A stretch of DNA of 64,000 bases from an uncultured Chloroflexia bacterium (GTDB lineage Bacteria > Chloroflexota > Limnocylindria > Limnocylindrales > CSP1-4). Every line of letters starts with the position of its first letter. The stretch's first letter is position 1. This document shows, one piece after another, positions 28,628-38,401 of this stretch. The notes under the pieces were generated by a model, which ran no database searches, was not told where the DNA came from, and saw only the letters and a list, made by a program, of their open reading frames with translations. The position numbers and the translations under genes were made by a program. The stretch spans positions 2,816,001 to 2,880,000 of the forward strand of contig CAWHDR010000001.1 in assembly GCA_963828165.1 (NCBI GenBank), in the 5' to 3' direction.

Positions 28628-30592
28628 ATGGTCGAGACACTCGAACTCGGTCGCGAAGCGATGAACCGCCACGCTTGGGCAGAGGCGGTGGACGTGTTCG
28701 TCGCAGTCGACAACGACGGCGGCCTCGGAGCGGGTGACCTCGAACAGCTCGGCACTGCGGCCTGGTGGTCGGGGCAGCCTGACCAGGCCACGGAAGCGCT
28801 GGAACGGGCGTTCACCGCCTATGCCGACGCCGGCCAGTCGAGCGATGCCGCGCGGGTCGCCCTGGCCCTCGCGTACCAGGGTTTTCGTCGCCAGGCCGGT
28901 TCGGTCGGCGGTGGCTGGCTGGCCCGGGCGGCTCGTTTGCTCGAATCGGACCCTGAATCGCCGTCACACGCTCGGATCGCCGTCTTCCACACGCTCGGAG
29001 CGCTGATGGAGGGCCGACTGACGCAGGGCATCGAGCTGGCCGATCGAGCGATCGAGCTCGCGCAGAAACACCACGACCCCGATGCCAACTACCTGGCGAT
29101 GAGCTTCAAAGGCATGGGCCTGGTGTTCGCGGGGGAGCTGGAGGCTGGTCTGGCCTTGATCGACGAGGCGGCCGCGGCGGCCGCCTCGGGACAGCTCGAG
29201 CTCCGGACCGCCAGCGACATCTACTGCAACACGATGGCCGCCTGTCGAAACGTCGGCGATCTCAAGCGCGCGAGCCAGTGGGCGGATGAAGGGGAGCGCT
29301 GGATGCGTCGCCAGGCGGTGGGCGGCTATCCCGGCATCTGTCGCGTGCATCGCGCCGAGCTCAAGCGACTCCACGGCCGATGGTCCGAGGCCGAGCAGGA
29401 GGCGCGCCAGGCCTGCGTGGAGCTCGAGCGCTTCGGGCTCCTCGATGCGGTTGGCTACGCGCAATACGAGGTGGGCGAGGTTCGCCTGCGGATGGGCGAC
29501 CTGGACGCGGCCGGCGAAGCCTTCGACCGAGCGTACGAATACGGACACGACGCACAGCCAGGGATCGCACTCCTGCACCTGGCCCGCGGCGAGATCGACG
29601 AGGCCAAACGCTCGATCGAACGCGCGCTCGCGGCGACAACCAGCGGCGGGGGTGCCACCGACCGCGCGACCCGGGCGCGATTGCTCCCGGCCCAGATCGA
29701 TATCGCCCTGGCGGCTGGCGACCTCGAGACCGCCGGCCCAGCCGTCGATGAGCTGGAAACGATCGCGACCGACTTCCACCGACCCGTGTTCGAAGCGGGC
29801 GCACTCACGGCCCGCGGAGAGCTCTTCCTCGGTGAGGATCGGCCCGCGGACGCATCGCCCCTCCTCGGACGGTCCTGGCGGATGTGGCAGGACACGGAAC
29901 TGCCCTACGAGAGTGCCCGGGCGCGCCTGCGGTATGCCGAAGCCGAGGCGGCCGCGGGCGACCCAGAGGGTGCTCGCCGGGATCTGCGTGCTGCCCGCAG
30001 CGCGTTCGAGCGGCTCGGAGCGAGGCGCGACCTAGCACGCGTCGACGCGGTCCTGGGGGAGGGGTCCGAATCGTCGGCCCATGCCACCCGGCGGGTGACC
30101 AGGACGTTCATGTTCACCGACATCGTCACGTCCACCGACCTCGTCGGGTTGATCGGCGATGACGCCTGGGGTGACCTGCTCAAATGGCACGACCGGGAGC
30201 TGCGATCCGCCTTTGCGAACCACCGCGGGGAGGAGGTCAAGCGCACCGGCGACGGCTTCTTCGTCGCGTTCGAGCGAGCCGCTGACGCCCTCGAGTGCGC
30301 GGTCGACATCCAACGCCGGCTGGCGCGGCACCGCCAGGATCACGGGTTTGCACCCACGGTCCGCATCGGTCTCCACACGGCGGAGGGATCGCGCGATGGC
30401 GGCGACTATCAGGGCCGAGGCGTGCACGTGGCCGCGCGCATCGGCGCGGCCGCGACGTCCGCTGAGATCCTCGTGTCGACCGGGACGCTTGGCGAGATGG
30501 GCTCGGTCCGTTTCGGGTTGTCCGAGACGCGCCAGCTCACCCTCAAGGGGGTCGAAGAGGCCGTGGAGGTCCGCAGCGTCGTCTGGCGGTAG
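28628..30592 (+). CDS. TPR-like helical domain + class III adenylate/guanylate cyclase
   Basis: FMFTDIVTST, EVKRTGDGFF, RIGLHTAE, DYQGRGVHVAARI; start trimmed to MVETLELGRE by paralogy with 14864. Confidence 0.88.
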   Translation: MVETLELGREAMNRHAWAEAVDVFVAVDNDGGLGAGDLEQLGTAAWWSGQPDQATEALERAFTAYADAGQSSDAARVALALAYQGFRRQAGSVGGGWLARAARLLESDPESPSHARIAVFHTLGALMEGRLTQGIELADRAIELAQKHHDPDANYLAMSFKGMGLVFAGELEAGLALIDEAAAAAASGQLELRTASDIYCNTMAACRNVGDLKRASQWADEGERWMRRQAVGGYPGICRVHRAELKRLHGRWSEAEQEARQACVELERFGLLDAVGYAQYEVGEVRLRMGDLDAAGEAFDRAYEYGHDAQPGIALLHLARGEIDEAKRSIERALAATTSGGGATDRATRARLLPAQIDIALAAGDLETAGPAVDELETIATDFHRPVFEAGALTARGELFLGEDRPADASPLLGRSWRMWQDTELPYESARARLRYAEAEAAAGDPEGARRDLRAARSAFERLGARRDLARVDAVLGEGSESSAHATRRVTRTFMFTDIVTSTDLVGLIGDDAWGDLLKWHDRELRSAFANHRGEEVKRTGDGFFVAFERAADALECAVDIQRRLARHRQDHGFAPTVRIGLHTAEGSRDGGDYQGRGVHVAARIGAAATSAEILVSTGTLGEMGSVRFGLSETRQLTLKGVEEAVEVRSVVWR

Positions 30593-30626
30593 CGGAGGCG
30601 CGAGCTGGGGCCCCGTCGTGGCCCCA

Positions 30627-32270
30627 TCAGTTGGGCGAGAGATCCTCCAGGCGCCACGCCTCCACGAGATCGCTCTTGCCCTTCACGCGCAGCGCGCCCA
30701 GTGGCTCGCCGGCCCGGCCGTCTCCGAGCGCCTCCCAGGTCGCCTTGCCGATGACCACCTGTCCCGGCTCGCCCGCCGCCATGAGGCGCGCTGCGGTATT
30801 GATCGAGTCACCGATGGCCGAGAAGCTCCGCCGAGCGTCCGCACCTACGACCCCGACGACCGCAGGCCCGGTGTTGACACCGATGCGGAACACGGGCCAG
30901 CGGGGATGGGCCGCGGCGACCGGCTTTCCAGCAGCCACGATCGACAGGCCCGTGCGGGCAGCCCGCTCTGCATGATCGGGCTGGTCGCCGCCCGCATTGA
31001 AGATGGCCATCACGCCGTCACCCGCGAAGTGCTCGATCACCCCGCCGCCGGCATCGATCGCCGGGACGACCGCCCCCCAGTACTCGTTCAGCATGCCGAC
31101 GACCTCGGTCGGTGACCGGGTCTCGCTGAACGTCGTGAATCCGGCGAGATCGGCAAACACGACGCTCACCTCACGCTCCTTGCCCGGGGACGCGGCTACA
31201 TCGGGCGTGACGCCACGGATCCCCTGGGTCACGACCGACGGCAGATACGGCTGGAATGCAGCGTCCAGGCGCCGAACCTCGCGGGCCGTCTCCGTGAGCA
31301 GGGCCAGCTCATCGTCCGACGCACCCTCGCGCCGCAGGTCCGACAGCACGCGTTCGGTCGACTCTCCCCGAACCTCCGCTGACGCGACCGACGTCACCGC
31401 CGACGCGAACCAGCGATCGACGCTGGCGAGCGTCGCCTCGAGGTAGAGACCCCCGAACGTCGCGGACAGGGAACCGCCGCGACGGTACTCCTGGCGGGCA
31501 CCAAGGGCGATCGCCGCGAAGGCCGCGAGCATCAGCAGATGCCACTCCCACCAGCTGGCGTGCCAGTTCCGGCTCAGCGACACGGCGATCATCGCCTCGG
31601 CCAGCAGCACGTACGCCACGCCCATGCTGAAGGTCACGGCACCACCGCGGTGGCGATAGAACAGGAACGAGCGCCACGCCGAATAGGCGTACAGCGCGAC
31701 CGCGACGAATGAAAGGAATCTGAGCGGACCGGCTCCCTCGAACGCCGTGGGCGGCCCGTTGAGGGGCGGTAGCCGCGCGATCGAGACGAACGCCCAGACG
31801 GCCATCAACGCCAGGAGACCACCGAGCAGGAGCGGTCGCAAACGGAGGACCGTCTGGGCCCGCGGCCCGGCCAGCGGGCTGGTGGACGCCGCCGCGAAGA
31901 CCGACGCGATGATGAGCCCGACCGGCGTGGCCGTGGCGAACCCGACGTTCGACTCGGCCAGCAGCACGCCCGGCGTCGCGAGGGCATGCAGGCCGAGGAA
32001 CCCAGCACTCGACAGGAAGGCGAGCGAGATCAGCACGACCCGGGCGTCTCGGTAGCGTCCCGCCGCGATATTGGTCACGTACGCCAGGACGGCATTCACG
32101 GCCGCCGCCACCAGGACGAGCCAGAAATGGCTCGGCTCGTGGTGCCATTCCATATCGAGTTCGGGCCGCGCCAGGAGCAGGCCCAGCCCGATGAGCGGCA
32201 GCGTCAACGTCAGCGCCGTGACCCACGGGATCCGCGCCGAGTCGCCCACCGGACGGACCTCGCTCGCCAT
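30627..32270 (-). CDS. Membrane-bound class III adenylate/guanylate cyclase with about 8-TM (MASE-like) sensor
   Basis: Hydrophobic N-terminal half; FADLAGFT, FAGDG, RIGVNTG, GDSINTAARL, VKGK; TATCTT box 6 nt before ATG. Confidence 0.88.
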   Translation of the reverse strand: MASEVRPVGDSARIPWVTALTLTLPLIGLGLLLARPELDMEWHHEPSHFWLVLVAAAVNAVLAYVTNIAAGRYRDARVVLISLAFLSSAGFLGLHALATPGVLLAESNVGFATATPVGLIIASVFAAASTSPLAGPRAQTVLRLRPLLLGGLLALMAVWAFVSIARLPPLNGPPTAFEGAGPLRFLSFVAVALYAYSAWRSFLFYRHRGGAVTFSMGVAYVLLAEAMIAVSLSRNWHASWWEWHLLMLAAFAAIALGARQEYRRGGSLSATFGGLYLEATLASVDRWFASAVTSVASAEVRGESTERVLSDLRREGASDDELALLTETAREVRRLDAAFQPYLPSVVTQGIRGVTPDVAASPGKEREVSVVFADLAGFTTFSETRSPTEVVGMLNEYWGAVVPAIDAGGGVIEHFAGDGVMAIFNAGGDQPDHAERAARTGLSIVAAGKPVAAAHPRWPVFRIGVNTGPAVVGVVGADARRSFSAIGDSINTAARLMAAGEPGQVVIGKATWEALGDGRAGEPLGALRVKGKSDLVEAWRLEDLSPN

Positions 32271-32327
32271 CGCCAAAAGATACGCCCGGCCCGTCAGCGG
32301 CCGCGACGTCCCGGCGGCGGGTGACCC

Positions 32328-32714
32328 CTAGTTCAGCGCCACGACCAGGCTGGACACGAGGAGCACGACCGCGACCGGCACCCAGATCCGGCGCTCACGC
32401 GCGCTTCGACTGATCGCGTTCAGGGCGACGGCGACCACCGACACCGCGACGGGGACCCAGACCAGCCACGGCAACCCCGTCGCGATCTCCGGCAGGGTGA
32501 CGCCAGCGTCCGACAGGACCACGAGCGCCAGCAGCCCGATCACGACGCCCTGGATCATGGCCGCGACCCGCAGCGGGGGAGGGAACCGGCCGGGAAACGA
32601 TCCGCCCATCGCGTAGACACCCCACGGCGCACCGAGGGCCAGCGCGAACTGGAACACGACGACCCCGATCGCCACGGCGGCGAACAGGAGGGCGGCGGCG
32701 GCCTGGATATCCAC
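32328..32714 (-). CDS. Four-TM hypothetical membrane protein
   Basis: FQ.ALALGAPWG.YAMGG...G, LN..S.S..ER.IWVP. Confidence 0.7.
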   Translation of the reverse strand: MDIQAAAALLFAAVAIGVVVFQFALALGAPWGVYAMGGSFPGRFPPPLRVAAMIQGVVIGLLALVVLSDAGVTLPEIATGLPWLVWVPVAVSVVAVALNAISRSARERRIWVPVAVVLLVSSLVVALN

Positions 32715-32741
32715 CCAGGCATCTTCGCAGACCCGTTGCCG

Positions 32742-32767
32742 GGAACCTCGTCGTGCCTCCGGTCGTC
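32742..32767 (+). promoter_or_regulatory. Candidate autoregulatory ECF promoter GGAAC-N17-CGTC
   Basis: ECF-type -35/-10 consensus ending 8 nt before the GTG of the ECF sigma gene. Confidence 0.55.
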
Positions 32768-32775
32768 CGGAGGCC

Positions 32776-33369
32776 GTGACCAACTCGACTGCGAGCTCCC
32801 CGCTCGCCCGCTTCGACGCGCTCTTCACGGAGCACCAACGGCCCGTGCTCGCCTACGCGACGCGCCGCACGCCGACGCTCGCGGATGCCGAGGACGTCAC
32901 CGCGGAGACGTTCACGATCGCGTGGCGCAAGATCGACGCGGTTCCCGTCGTGGATCCCCTCCCGTGGCTCTACGCCGTCGCGCGGCGTGTCCTTGCCAAC
33001 CACCGCCGGGGCAGCGGCCGTCGCGAACGACTCGCCGCGCTGCTCCGGGTCGAGGACGTCGCCACGCCCATGCGCGCCGGTGACGACCTCGACGGACCCG
33101 TGTTCCTCGCCCTGGCATCGTTGTCGCCGGCCGACCAGGAGCTCCTGCGCCTCGTCGCGTGGGAGGAGCTGGGAAACCAGCAGATCGCCGCGGTCCTCGA
33201 CATCACGCCGAACGCGGTCGCCATCCGCCTCCATCGAGCGCGCGCGCGCTTCGCAGACGCCCTCGCCCGAGAATCCCGGGACGATGACCTGAAAGATCTG
33301 GATCCGAGCCGGACATCGGCAGATGTGAAGGGCACGAACGGTGCCGCATGGAACGGAGTGGCGAAATGA
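32776..33369 (+). CDS. ECF RNA polymerase sigma factor
   Basis: Region 2 DAEDVTAETFTIAWRK...WLYAVARR; region 4 LVAWEEL...IAAVL...VAIRLHRAR. Confidence 0.9.
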   Translation: MTNSTASSPLARFDALFTEHQRPVLAYATRRTPTLADAEDVTAETFTIAWRKIDAVPVVDPLPWLYAVARRVLANHRRGSGRRERLAALLRVEDVATPMRAGDDLDGPVFLALASLSPADQELLRLVAWEELGNQQIAAVLDITPNAVAIRLHRARARFADALARESRDDDLKDLDPSRTSADVKGTNGAAWNGVAK

Positions 33370-33989
33370 GCATGACGAACGGACCCGATCCGATCGACCG
33401 GCTCGGCGCTGCCAACCCGACCCGTGCGGACGAGGTGCCCGCCGCGAGTCTCGCCCGCGTGTCGGCGAGGATCCAGGAGCACATCGTGACCGACATCCAG
33501 AACACTCCCACCACCGCCCCCCGGCGCCGCCCGTTCGCCCTGTTGGGCGGCCTGGCCCTCGCTGGCGCGTTCGCCCTCGCGATCGCCTTGGGGTCGAACC
33601 TCGGCGCTCCGGCGCCCGGCGGCGCGCCGATCGCCGCGAACCCGAGTCCATCCGAAAACCCCGCGGCCGGCGGCGGCGGCCTGGCATCGTGCCTCGTCTA
33701 CGATCCGGCCAATCTGCCGACGTTCGACATCGTCTTCGATGGGACCGTCACCGCCGTCGATGGCGACCAGGTCACGTTCGATGTCAACGAGGACTGGAAG
33801 GGCGCCGGTGACAGCATCACCCTGACCGCGCCCGACACGGACGTCGCGCTCCTGGGCGAGATGCCCGAATTCGAAGCCGGGGGCCGGTACCTCGTGACCG
33901 CGGCCGGCTCGAACATCAACGCGTGCGGCTACACGCTCGACTACTCCGCCGATGAGGCGGCCAAGTGGGCGGCGGCCTTCGCCGGCTGA
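33366..33989 (+). CDS. Putative anti-sigma factor (single TM, extracytoplasmic domain with two Cys)
   Basis: ATGA overlap with sigma; TM segment; ASC...FDGTV...GRYLV...CG domain. Confidence 0.7.
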   Translation: MSMTNGPDPIDRLGAANPTRADEVPAASLARVSARIQEHIVTDIQNTPTTAPRRRPFALLGGLALAGAFALAIALGSNLGAPAPGGAPIAANPSPSENPAAGGGGLASCLVYDPANLPTFDIVFDGTVTAVDGDQVTFDVNEDWKGAGDSITLTAPDTDVALLGEMPEFEAGGRYLVTAAGSNINACGYTLDYSADEAAKWAAAFAG

Positions 33990-34011
33990 CCCGATCTTCC
34001 ACGGCAACCGC

Positions 34012-34035
34012 AGACCCCGCCCGATGGCGGGGTCT
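34012..34035. terminator. Terminator-like hairpin between convergent genes
   Basis: agaccccgcc-cgat-ggcggggtct. Confidence 0.6.
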
Positions 34036-34049
34036 CGGCTTGTCCGGGC

Positions 34050-34649
34050 CTACGTGCCGGACGAGGTGTCGAGCGGCGCGGTGTCGTCCGGCCCGAACGC
34101 GAAGCCGGTTCGCCGCCAATCGGCGTACTCGGCCACGAGGCCGTCCTCGTCGACCGTCAGGTCGGCCTCGAACGTCCCGCTCGCGTAGCGGTACGTGTAC
34201 TCGGCGAGTCGGGTGTAGGTCTGGGCGGCCTTGACCGCGGCGAGCTCCGGGAACCGGATCCACGCTGCCTGGATCGTCTGCGACTTCCCTATCGTGAGGC
34301 CCAGGCGTCGGATCGGCAGCGTGTTCGTGGACGGGCTGCACCCTAGATCGACGTCGGTGCAGCCTCGAAGGGCGCGCGCCGCCACCCCATCGACCGTCCA
34401 GCTCCCTTTGGCGTTGCGCTCGAGGCCGATCGTTCGTGTATCGAACCCGCGGAGGTCGCGGACGTGCACGGCGGTGGTCATCCCGGCACGATCGGTGAGG
34501 ACGCGGTACTCGACTCGGACGGGCAGACCATCCTCAGAGCCAAGGACCGTGCCGATCAGCGACAGAGCGCCGTCGCGCAGCGTCAGCGTGCAGTGCTCGT
34601 CGGTTGCGATCTCATCGGATCGCCGCCACGCCACGCGTCTCGTGGTCAT
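34050..34649 (-). CDS. Putative glycolipid-binding domain protein (DUF1089-like)
   Basis: GCTDVDLGCSPSTNTLPIRRL, Q.YTRL, F.A.L.VD.DGLV..Y. Confidence 0.85.
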   Translation of the reverse strand: MTTRRVAWRRSDEIATDEHCTLTLRDGALSLIGTVLGSEDGLPVRVEYRVLTDRAGMTTAVHVRDLRGFDTRTIGLERNAKGSWTVDGVAARALRGCTDVDLGCSPSTNTLPIRRLGLTIGKSQTIQAAWIRFPELAAVKAAQTYTRLAEYTYRYASGTFEADLTVDEDGLVAEYADWRRTGFAFGPDDTAPLDTSSGT

Positions 34650-34681
34650 ACCCGAATGCCTCCGTAAGGTTGCGTCGAACC

Positions 34682-36340
34682 TTACTGCTGGCCGCCGACC
34701 TCGGCAGCAAGGTCGGCATCGAGCCGGCGCGACGACTCCACCTCGGCTAGAGCTCGACTCCGCGATTGGCCGGTCAGGGCCTCGAGGAAGGCCCCGCGGT
34801 CGATCGCGATCAATTCGGTCGGTGTCAGGGCGGTCACCGTCGCCGTCCGCGGGATCTCGCGCAGGAGCGCGATCTCCCCGAAACTGTCGCCGGTGATGAG
34901 CCGGCGCTGGACACCACCTGGCGTCGAGACGTCGACTTCACCGGCCAGGATCACGTAGAAGCGATCGCCGATCTCGCCGGCGGCGACGATCGTCCGGCCC
35001 GTCTCGACCTCGACCATGGCCGAGCTCGTGGTGAGTCGTTCCAGGACCGTCGCCGAGAGCGGTCCGAACATCGGCACACGTCGCATCGCGCGCAGCTGGC
35101 GCGCGCGGCTCGGGACCAGGCGGTCCGCTCGGATCAGCGTCGGCGCGGCGATCGCCACCACGGCGCCAAACGCCAGGCCGCACACGACGATCGCCGCCAT
35201 GGGTCCGAACGCCACGATGAGCAACGGTACGGCCAACGCGCCTAGCGACTGCGAGGCCATCATGATCGACTCCATGACGCCGAAGACCCGGCTCATCACG
35301 TCGTCCCCGGCCAGTCGCTGGGCGAGCGTCAACGCCTCCACGTACACGAACGCCCAGCCGACCCCGGACACCACGACCAGCCCCAGGACCACGATCGGGG
35401 TCGGCTCCAAGCCGATCGCGGCGACGGACACGGCGAAGAGGGCGCCCGCGCCCACGTAGATCGCGGCAAGGCGTTCCCGGCCCATGAGCAAGCCCGTTAC
35501 GCCGGCACCAACGACCGAGCCAAGCCCGGCCACGGCGGCCAGGTACCCGATCGAGCTCTCATCGCCGCCGAGAAGCTCGATGGCGATGACGGTCATCAGG
35601 ACATTGAACGCCCCCAGGAGGGCGATAGCGCCGCCAAGGATCGCGACGACAGCGAGGAGCCGTCGATCCCCCAGGATCGTGCGCAGGCCGGCGCCAAGCT
35701 CGGTGAACAGCCTCTCACGGGGTTGGACAGCCACGGGGACGACCCGTGGGCGAGCCGCTCTGGCGAGCGGAAGGACCACCAAGAACGACGCCAGGGTGAA
35801 TAGCGCCAGCGCCGCATACACCGCGGCGGCACCGCCGATCCCCACGAGGAGCCCGGCGAGGAGCGGACCGATGAGGGCGCCGAGGCCCTCGACCGCCCCT
35901 GAGGCGGCGTTCGCAACGGCCAGCGACTCGGGTGCCTCCGCCACCTCCGGCAGGAGCGCCGCATGGGCCGGCCTGACGAGCGTGATGCTCGTCGCCGCGA
36001 GCATGGCCATCACGTACGCGATGAATGATGGGGCGAACGCAAGAGCCACGGCGGCACCGCCCATGGCCAGCGCTACGATCGCGTAGGCGGCGGTGAGAAC
36101 CTGGGCTCGTGGGCGTCGATCGCCGAACACGGACGCCGCCGGCGCTACCACGACCGACGGGAGAAACACCACGCCGGCGACGATCCCCGCTTCGACCGCG
36201 CCACCGCGCGAATAGGCGTACACGAGGAGACCGATCCACGAGGCCCACTCCGCGACGCTGAAGGCAAGGAACGCCGGGACGAGCCGCCGTAGCGCCGGCA
36301 GCCGAAGGACCGCATGAACCGTTACCAGGGCGGCAGACAC
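34682..36340 (-). CDS. MFS transporter fused to a C-terminal cyclic-nucleotide-binding domain
   Basis: About 12 TM segments, then VPMFGPL...GEIGDRFYVI...GDSFGEIALLREIPRTATV; exact start uncertain. Confidence 0.88.
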   Translation of the reverse strand: MSAALVTVHAVLRLPALRRLVPAFLAFSVAEWASWIGLLVYAYSRGGAVEAGIVAGVVFLPSVVVAPAASVFGDRRPRAQVLTAAYAIVALAMGGAAVALAFAPSFIAYVMAMLAATSITLVRPAHAALLPEVAEAPESLAVANAASGAVEGLGALIGPLLAGLLVGIGGAAAVYAALALFTLASFLVVLPLARAARPRVVPVAVQPRERLFTELGAGLRTILGDRRLLAVVAILGGAIALLGAFNVLMTVIAIELLGGDESSIGYLAAVAGLGSVVGAGVTGLLMGRERLAAIYVGAGALFAVSVAAIGLEPTPIVVLGLVVVSGVGWAFVYVEALTLAQRLAGDDVMSRVFGVMESIMMASQSLGALAVPLLIVAFGPMAAIVVCGLAFGAVVAIAAPTLIRADRLVPSRARQLRAMRRVPMFGPLSATVLERLTTSSAMVEVETGRTIVAAGEIGDRFYVILAGEVDVSTPGGVQRRLITGDSFGEIALLREIPRTATVTALTPTELIAIDRGAFLEALTGQSRSRALAEVESSRRLDADLAAEVGGQQ

Positions 36341-36353
36341 CTGTACCTGGCGC

Positions 36354-37304
36354 TCAAAGGGTGGCGAGGAAGTCGTTGATCTCCTTGGCCAGCCGCTCGG
36401 GTTCCGAGAAGTGGAGGCTGTGATCGCCACCCTGGAACACCACGAGCCTGCCGCGCGGTACCGACAACGCAAGCTCAGTCTGGGCGCGGTCCCAAAGCGC
36501 GTCCAACGCGGGGCCGGGCCAGTCGCGCGGCCACGGGGCATTCCCGCTATGCCATTTCGTCCCCGCGACGACAAGGGTGGGCACGTCGGGGATCCCCGCC
36601 GCTGCCACGAGGGGCTCGCTGGCGACTTCGTCCATCGGTGGCTCGATGGTCTGGAATGACTCGACCTCTTCGGCGCGTTGCTCTGGTGTGAGCAGCGCCA
36701 GCATTCCCCGGTGGAACTCTGGCGTCAGCGTTTCGACGAGGACGAGCCCCTGAACCTCCGACGGGTAGGCTGAAGCGAAGAGGCGGACGTTGTAGCCGCC
36801 GAAGGAGCGCCCGACCAGGACATACGGCGGCTCCAGGGCCGCTGCGAGAAGGAGCTTGTGCAAGTCTTCGGCCGCGGTCGCGCTGGTCCGGGGACCGGTT
36901 ACGTGCCCACTCTCGCCCAGGTTGGCTCGGTCGTAGGTGCACCGTCGATAGGTGTTGTCGATGAGGCCGATGAAGTCCTTGCGGCTGCGGTTCCAACTCG
37001 CCCCCGTGCTCCCCGAGCCCGCCTCGAACAGCACGACCGGACCATGCGATCCGCGACACTCCAGGTAGAGCGAGTACCCGCCGACGTCGTACATGCCGGC
37101 GAGGTCTGGCTTGCGGGGATCCGTTGTCGATGTCCCCGTGCTCGGGCTGTCCGGTGAACGTGCCGTTGGGCCAGGCGTCGCCGTTGGAACCGGACCGGTC
37201 GAACCACATGCGGCCGTGATCAGCGCGATCGCCACCAACGCCACCAGCCAGGCTACAGGGCTCAGGGCTGACCATCTGTCACGGATTCGACCGCGGATCT
37301 GCAC
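36354..37304 (-). CDS. Alpha/beta hydrolase lipoprotein
   Basis: TAAC lipobox-like, [17 protein letters not shown]; start uncertain. Confidence 0.8.
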   Translation of the reverse strand: MQIRGRIRDRWSALSPVAWLVALVAIALITAACGSTGPVPTATPGPTARSPDSPSTGTSTTDPRKPDLAGMYDVGGYSLYLECRGSHGPVVLFEAGSGSTGASWNRSRKDFIGLIDNTYRRCTYDRANLGESGHVTGPRTSATAAEDLHKLLLAAALEPPYVLVGRSFGGYNVRLFASAYPSEVQGLVLVETLTPEFHRGMLALLTPEQRAEEVESFQTIEPPMDEVASEPLVAAAGIPDVPTLVVAGTKWHSGNAPWPRDWPGPALDALWDRAQTELALSVPRGRLVVFQGGDHSLHFSEPERLAKEINDFLATL

Positions 37305-37404
37305 GGATCGACTCTACGCCCCGCAAGCCGAGCTGCTCGTAGAACCGTCTCGATGCCGCGAGATCCTTGACGGCGAGACTGACCGAAAATGCGCCGAGGT
37401 CCAT
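37279..37404 (-). pseudogene. Truncated VOC-family gene (5' remnant)
   Basis: [26 protein letters not shown], then loses homology and stops after 41 aa. Confidence 0.7.
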
Positions 37405-37590
37405 CGGGGTTCTTCCCGGAAGCGGCCATTGCGGGCGGGGCCGCCGACCAAGTGTACCGACGCTTCATGCCTCCGGATGACGCCGAGCGATCCCTGCAAC
37501 GGAGGTGCAAGCCGGGCTTGGGGGTCGCCGAGGACGGATTGACGGCATGGCGCCGAGACTGGACTCGACCCCCGGAGAATGGAGGCGGAT

Positions 37591-38346
37591 ATGTATGAGC
37601 GAGAGGCGGGTCGGGGCCAGCAGGATGCCGCGCGATCGAGCCAGCGCCCAGGCGACAGCCAGCGAGACGCATACGACCCTTCGGAACGAGGCGAGATGAC
37701 GCGACGGGACCCATCGTCGGCGGAGCGCCGCGAAGGGGCATGGGACCAGGGTGAGCAGGGCGGCTGGACGGGATATGTAGTCCCGTATCGCTATTACGGT
37801 CCCGGTTATCGCGGCGTCGGCTACTACTCCGTGATGTACCAGGGTTCCGACGGAGGCGACGATCAACCGCAGCAACAGGGCCGGTGGCAGCAGGCGCGGC
37901 CGGCCGACAGCCAGCAGTCCGGTGGCCGGTGGACCGGTGGGTTCGCGGGGCGTGGCCCGAAGGGCTACCAGCGCTCGGACGAGCGGATCCGTGAAGAGGT
38001 CAGCGACCGGCTGATGGCTGATGACAGGATCGACGCGTCTGAGATCGAGGTCATCGTCAAGGACGGCGAAGTCACCCTGCAGGGCACCGTTGACGACCGC
38101 TGGGCAAAGCGACGGGCTGAGGACATGGTCGAACAGGTCATGGGCGTCCGAGACGTCATGAATCAGATCCGCGTGGAACCGGGGGCGGGCGCGAGTTCGC
38201 AGAGGACGTCGAGCACGCAACGATCCCGGACGCCGACGTCGACAGGGAGTTCGGCAGGCTCGAGGGACCAGACGACATCCAGGTCTGGCGACGAGCAGGC
38301 GACTGGCACGAACGGCCGGCGACGGACGACGACGACGTCCCGCTGA
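37591..38346 (+). CDS. BON domain protein with disordered flanks
   Basis: GRGPKGYQRSDERIREEV, GEVTLQGTV, GVRDV.NQIRV; GGAGG RBS. Confidence 0.9.
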   Translation: MYEREAGRGQQDAARSSQRPGDSQRDAYDPSERGEMTRRDPSSAERREGAWDQGEQGGWTGYVVPYRYYGPGYRGVGYYSVMYQGSDGGDDQPQQQGRWQQARPADSQQSGGRWTGGFAGRGPKGYQRSDERIREEVSDRLMADDRIDASEIEVIVKDGEVTLQGTVDDRWAKRRAEDMVEQVMGVRDVMNQIRVEPGAGASSQRTSSTQRSRTPTSTGSSAGSRDQTTSRSGDEQATGTNGRRRTTTTSR

Positions 38347-38365
38347 CACCGGTCGCGTAAACGAT

Positions 38366-38393
38366 GAGGCCCCGCCCGATCGGGCGGGGCCTC
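38366..38393. terminator. Perfect 28-bp palindrome/terminator between convergent genes
   Basis: gaggccccgcccga-tcgggcggggcctc. Confidence 0.7.
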
Positions 38394-38401
38394 GGTGTGT
38401 C

